A DNA stretch of 63,088 nucleotides, counting the filler, from Asterionella formosa (lineage: Eukaryota), in the NCBI GenBank assembly GCA_002256025.1. It is 29 parts of 29 records of this genome, joined end to end, with 100 filler letters (N's around TTAATTAATTAA, not from the genome) between each part and the next. Parts side by side here need not be neighbours in the genome. Positions count along the whole stretch, not along the records: positions 61,015 to 63,088 come from NKIB01000493.1; 28 more parts are not named here. One strand, 5' to 3'. Below are positions 61,923 through 63,088 of the stretch, piece after piece. Made by a program: the position numbers and the translations under genes. The notes beneath the pieces were generated by a model, which saw nothing but the letters and a program-made list of their open reading frames with translations, was not told the origin of the DNA and did not search any database. Numbering within the stretch: position 1 is the stretch's first letter; each line of letters starts with the position of its first letter.

Positions 61923-63088
61923 GTCTGCAAATAAAAAGTATCATGCATATAGGATCAAGGGTATCATATGCTAAGTGGCACAGGATTTTCGTATATATGA
62001 TAATTTTTGGATCAAAAATATGATCAAGGTATCTTGTATCTATGATGATTTATTAATATTTTACCGACCTTGAAGTATAATGATAATAAGAACATTATCA
62101 TAACACAATGTTTATAAACTGATCAACAACATTTCCCATCAATATCATAAACCTTCTCATATTATTTTCACTTCTCGTGATTGCCTGATGTAAATTATAA
62201 CTACTACGTATCCTAAAACCAGCTCAACTCTATGCTATCATGTGAATTTTTTAATTGTAAATCTATCTTAAACATGATCATAATTCTAATCACAAGCATT
62301 GTTCTAAAAAGATTGAAATGGATCGTAATTTAACCATCAAGTTAAGCAATGCTGTCTATTAATCTACATGCCAGCGACCCAACGTTTCTCTCTCTACTCG
62401 GCTCAATGTATATTCCTCTTTGCTCTTTCTTCCTCTGATCTGAATCGTGTGCGAGGCAGCAGTGCCTTACTGATGCTGCGTCTCTTTCCCTGCTGTAAGT
62501 GTCATTCTGAACTTGCCGACTATTCCGTTGTTTGATTGTTTTTATTGTCCGATGCATGCAGTTACAGTTACAATGAGAAGGAATGGTTTGTTAGCTAGTC
62601 ATGTTACATTGACACAAGAACGCGCAATTCCATCGTATCCTCTTGCTTCACTTACCACAAATCAATGCAACTGATGCATAAGTCTGTAATAGAAACTTGT
62701 CAGTAAATTCTTGAATAAGTAAGTTTCGGGTATCCAATGTTGTGGAATAAAACTTACCGGTTCATTTTTGTCATCTTAACTTTGAGAGAATATAAACGTT
62801 TTGTTAGTTTTGTTCCAACAGAAGTGAATAGGTCCAACGAGCGACAAGAGCACTTACGCAATTTGGTTTGGTTTTACATTGGTGCTCCCCAACAAGCGAA
62901 ACGAGCTGTTGAATCAACTGAGAAAAAAGGAAATGTGCGTTTAGTTAACAATTTGTTGTTCTTGTGCTGCCTGCCTCCCAACGATTGTCATCCAAGCACC
63001 ACATTGATGGCTTCATTATCTTAAACATTCTCCATCCTTCGAAGGCGCAATGTATCGAAGTCACAATGTTTTTCGTAATGTATTGCGA
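61923..63088 (+). repeat. Element AB (left part and start of right part)
   Basis: Collinear with 50557-51725. Confidence 0.92.

Overview
This is not a contiguous locus. It is 29 unrelated ~2.07-2.09 kb contigs, roughly sorted by decreasing length and joined by artificial 100-bp spacers (44 N + TTAATTAATTAA + 44 N). The source is a photosynthetic eukaryote, most likely a diatom, judged from GT-AG introns, CoDi-type Ty1/copia elements, diatom-type Cryptons, PGRL1 and an SH3BGR-like domain. Exact 127-bp end overlaps point to a k=127 de Bruijn assembly. Host genes: RPS14, two divergent P3A H+-ATPase sequences forming an assembly bubble, a TMEM242-like gene, an SH3BGR/glutaredoxin-like gene, two LRR genes and a Ser/Thr/Pro-rich secreted protein. 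Pseudogenes: a sulfatase missing its catalytic motif, a USP-like gene and two PGRL1 fragments. Most of the rest is mobile DNA: Copia, Gypsy, non-LTR remnants, two Crypton tyrosine-recombinase lineages, pogo-like and Mutator/Kolobok-like remnants, and several non-coding repeat families. The strongest leads are: (1) a ~2.2-kb non-coding element at six loci that abuts Copia fragments at its left end and is followed twice by PGRL1 fragments; (2) spacing-conserved, lox-like inverted-repeat sites upstream of an intact Crypton recombinase that sits head-to-tail with an older Crypton; (3) a recurrent GGTACC palindromic motif ~230-450 bp upstream of genes; (4) a structured K-turn-like element in the RPS14 intron. 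All family assignments come from motif recognition by eye, not database searches.
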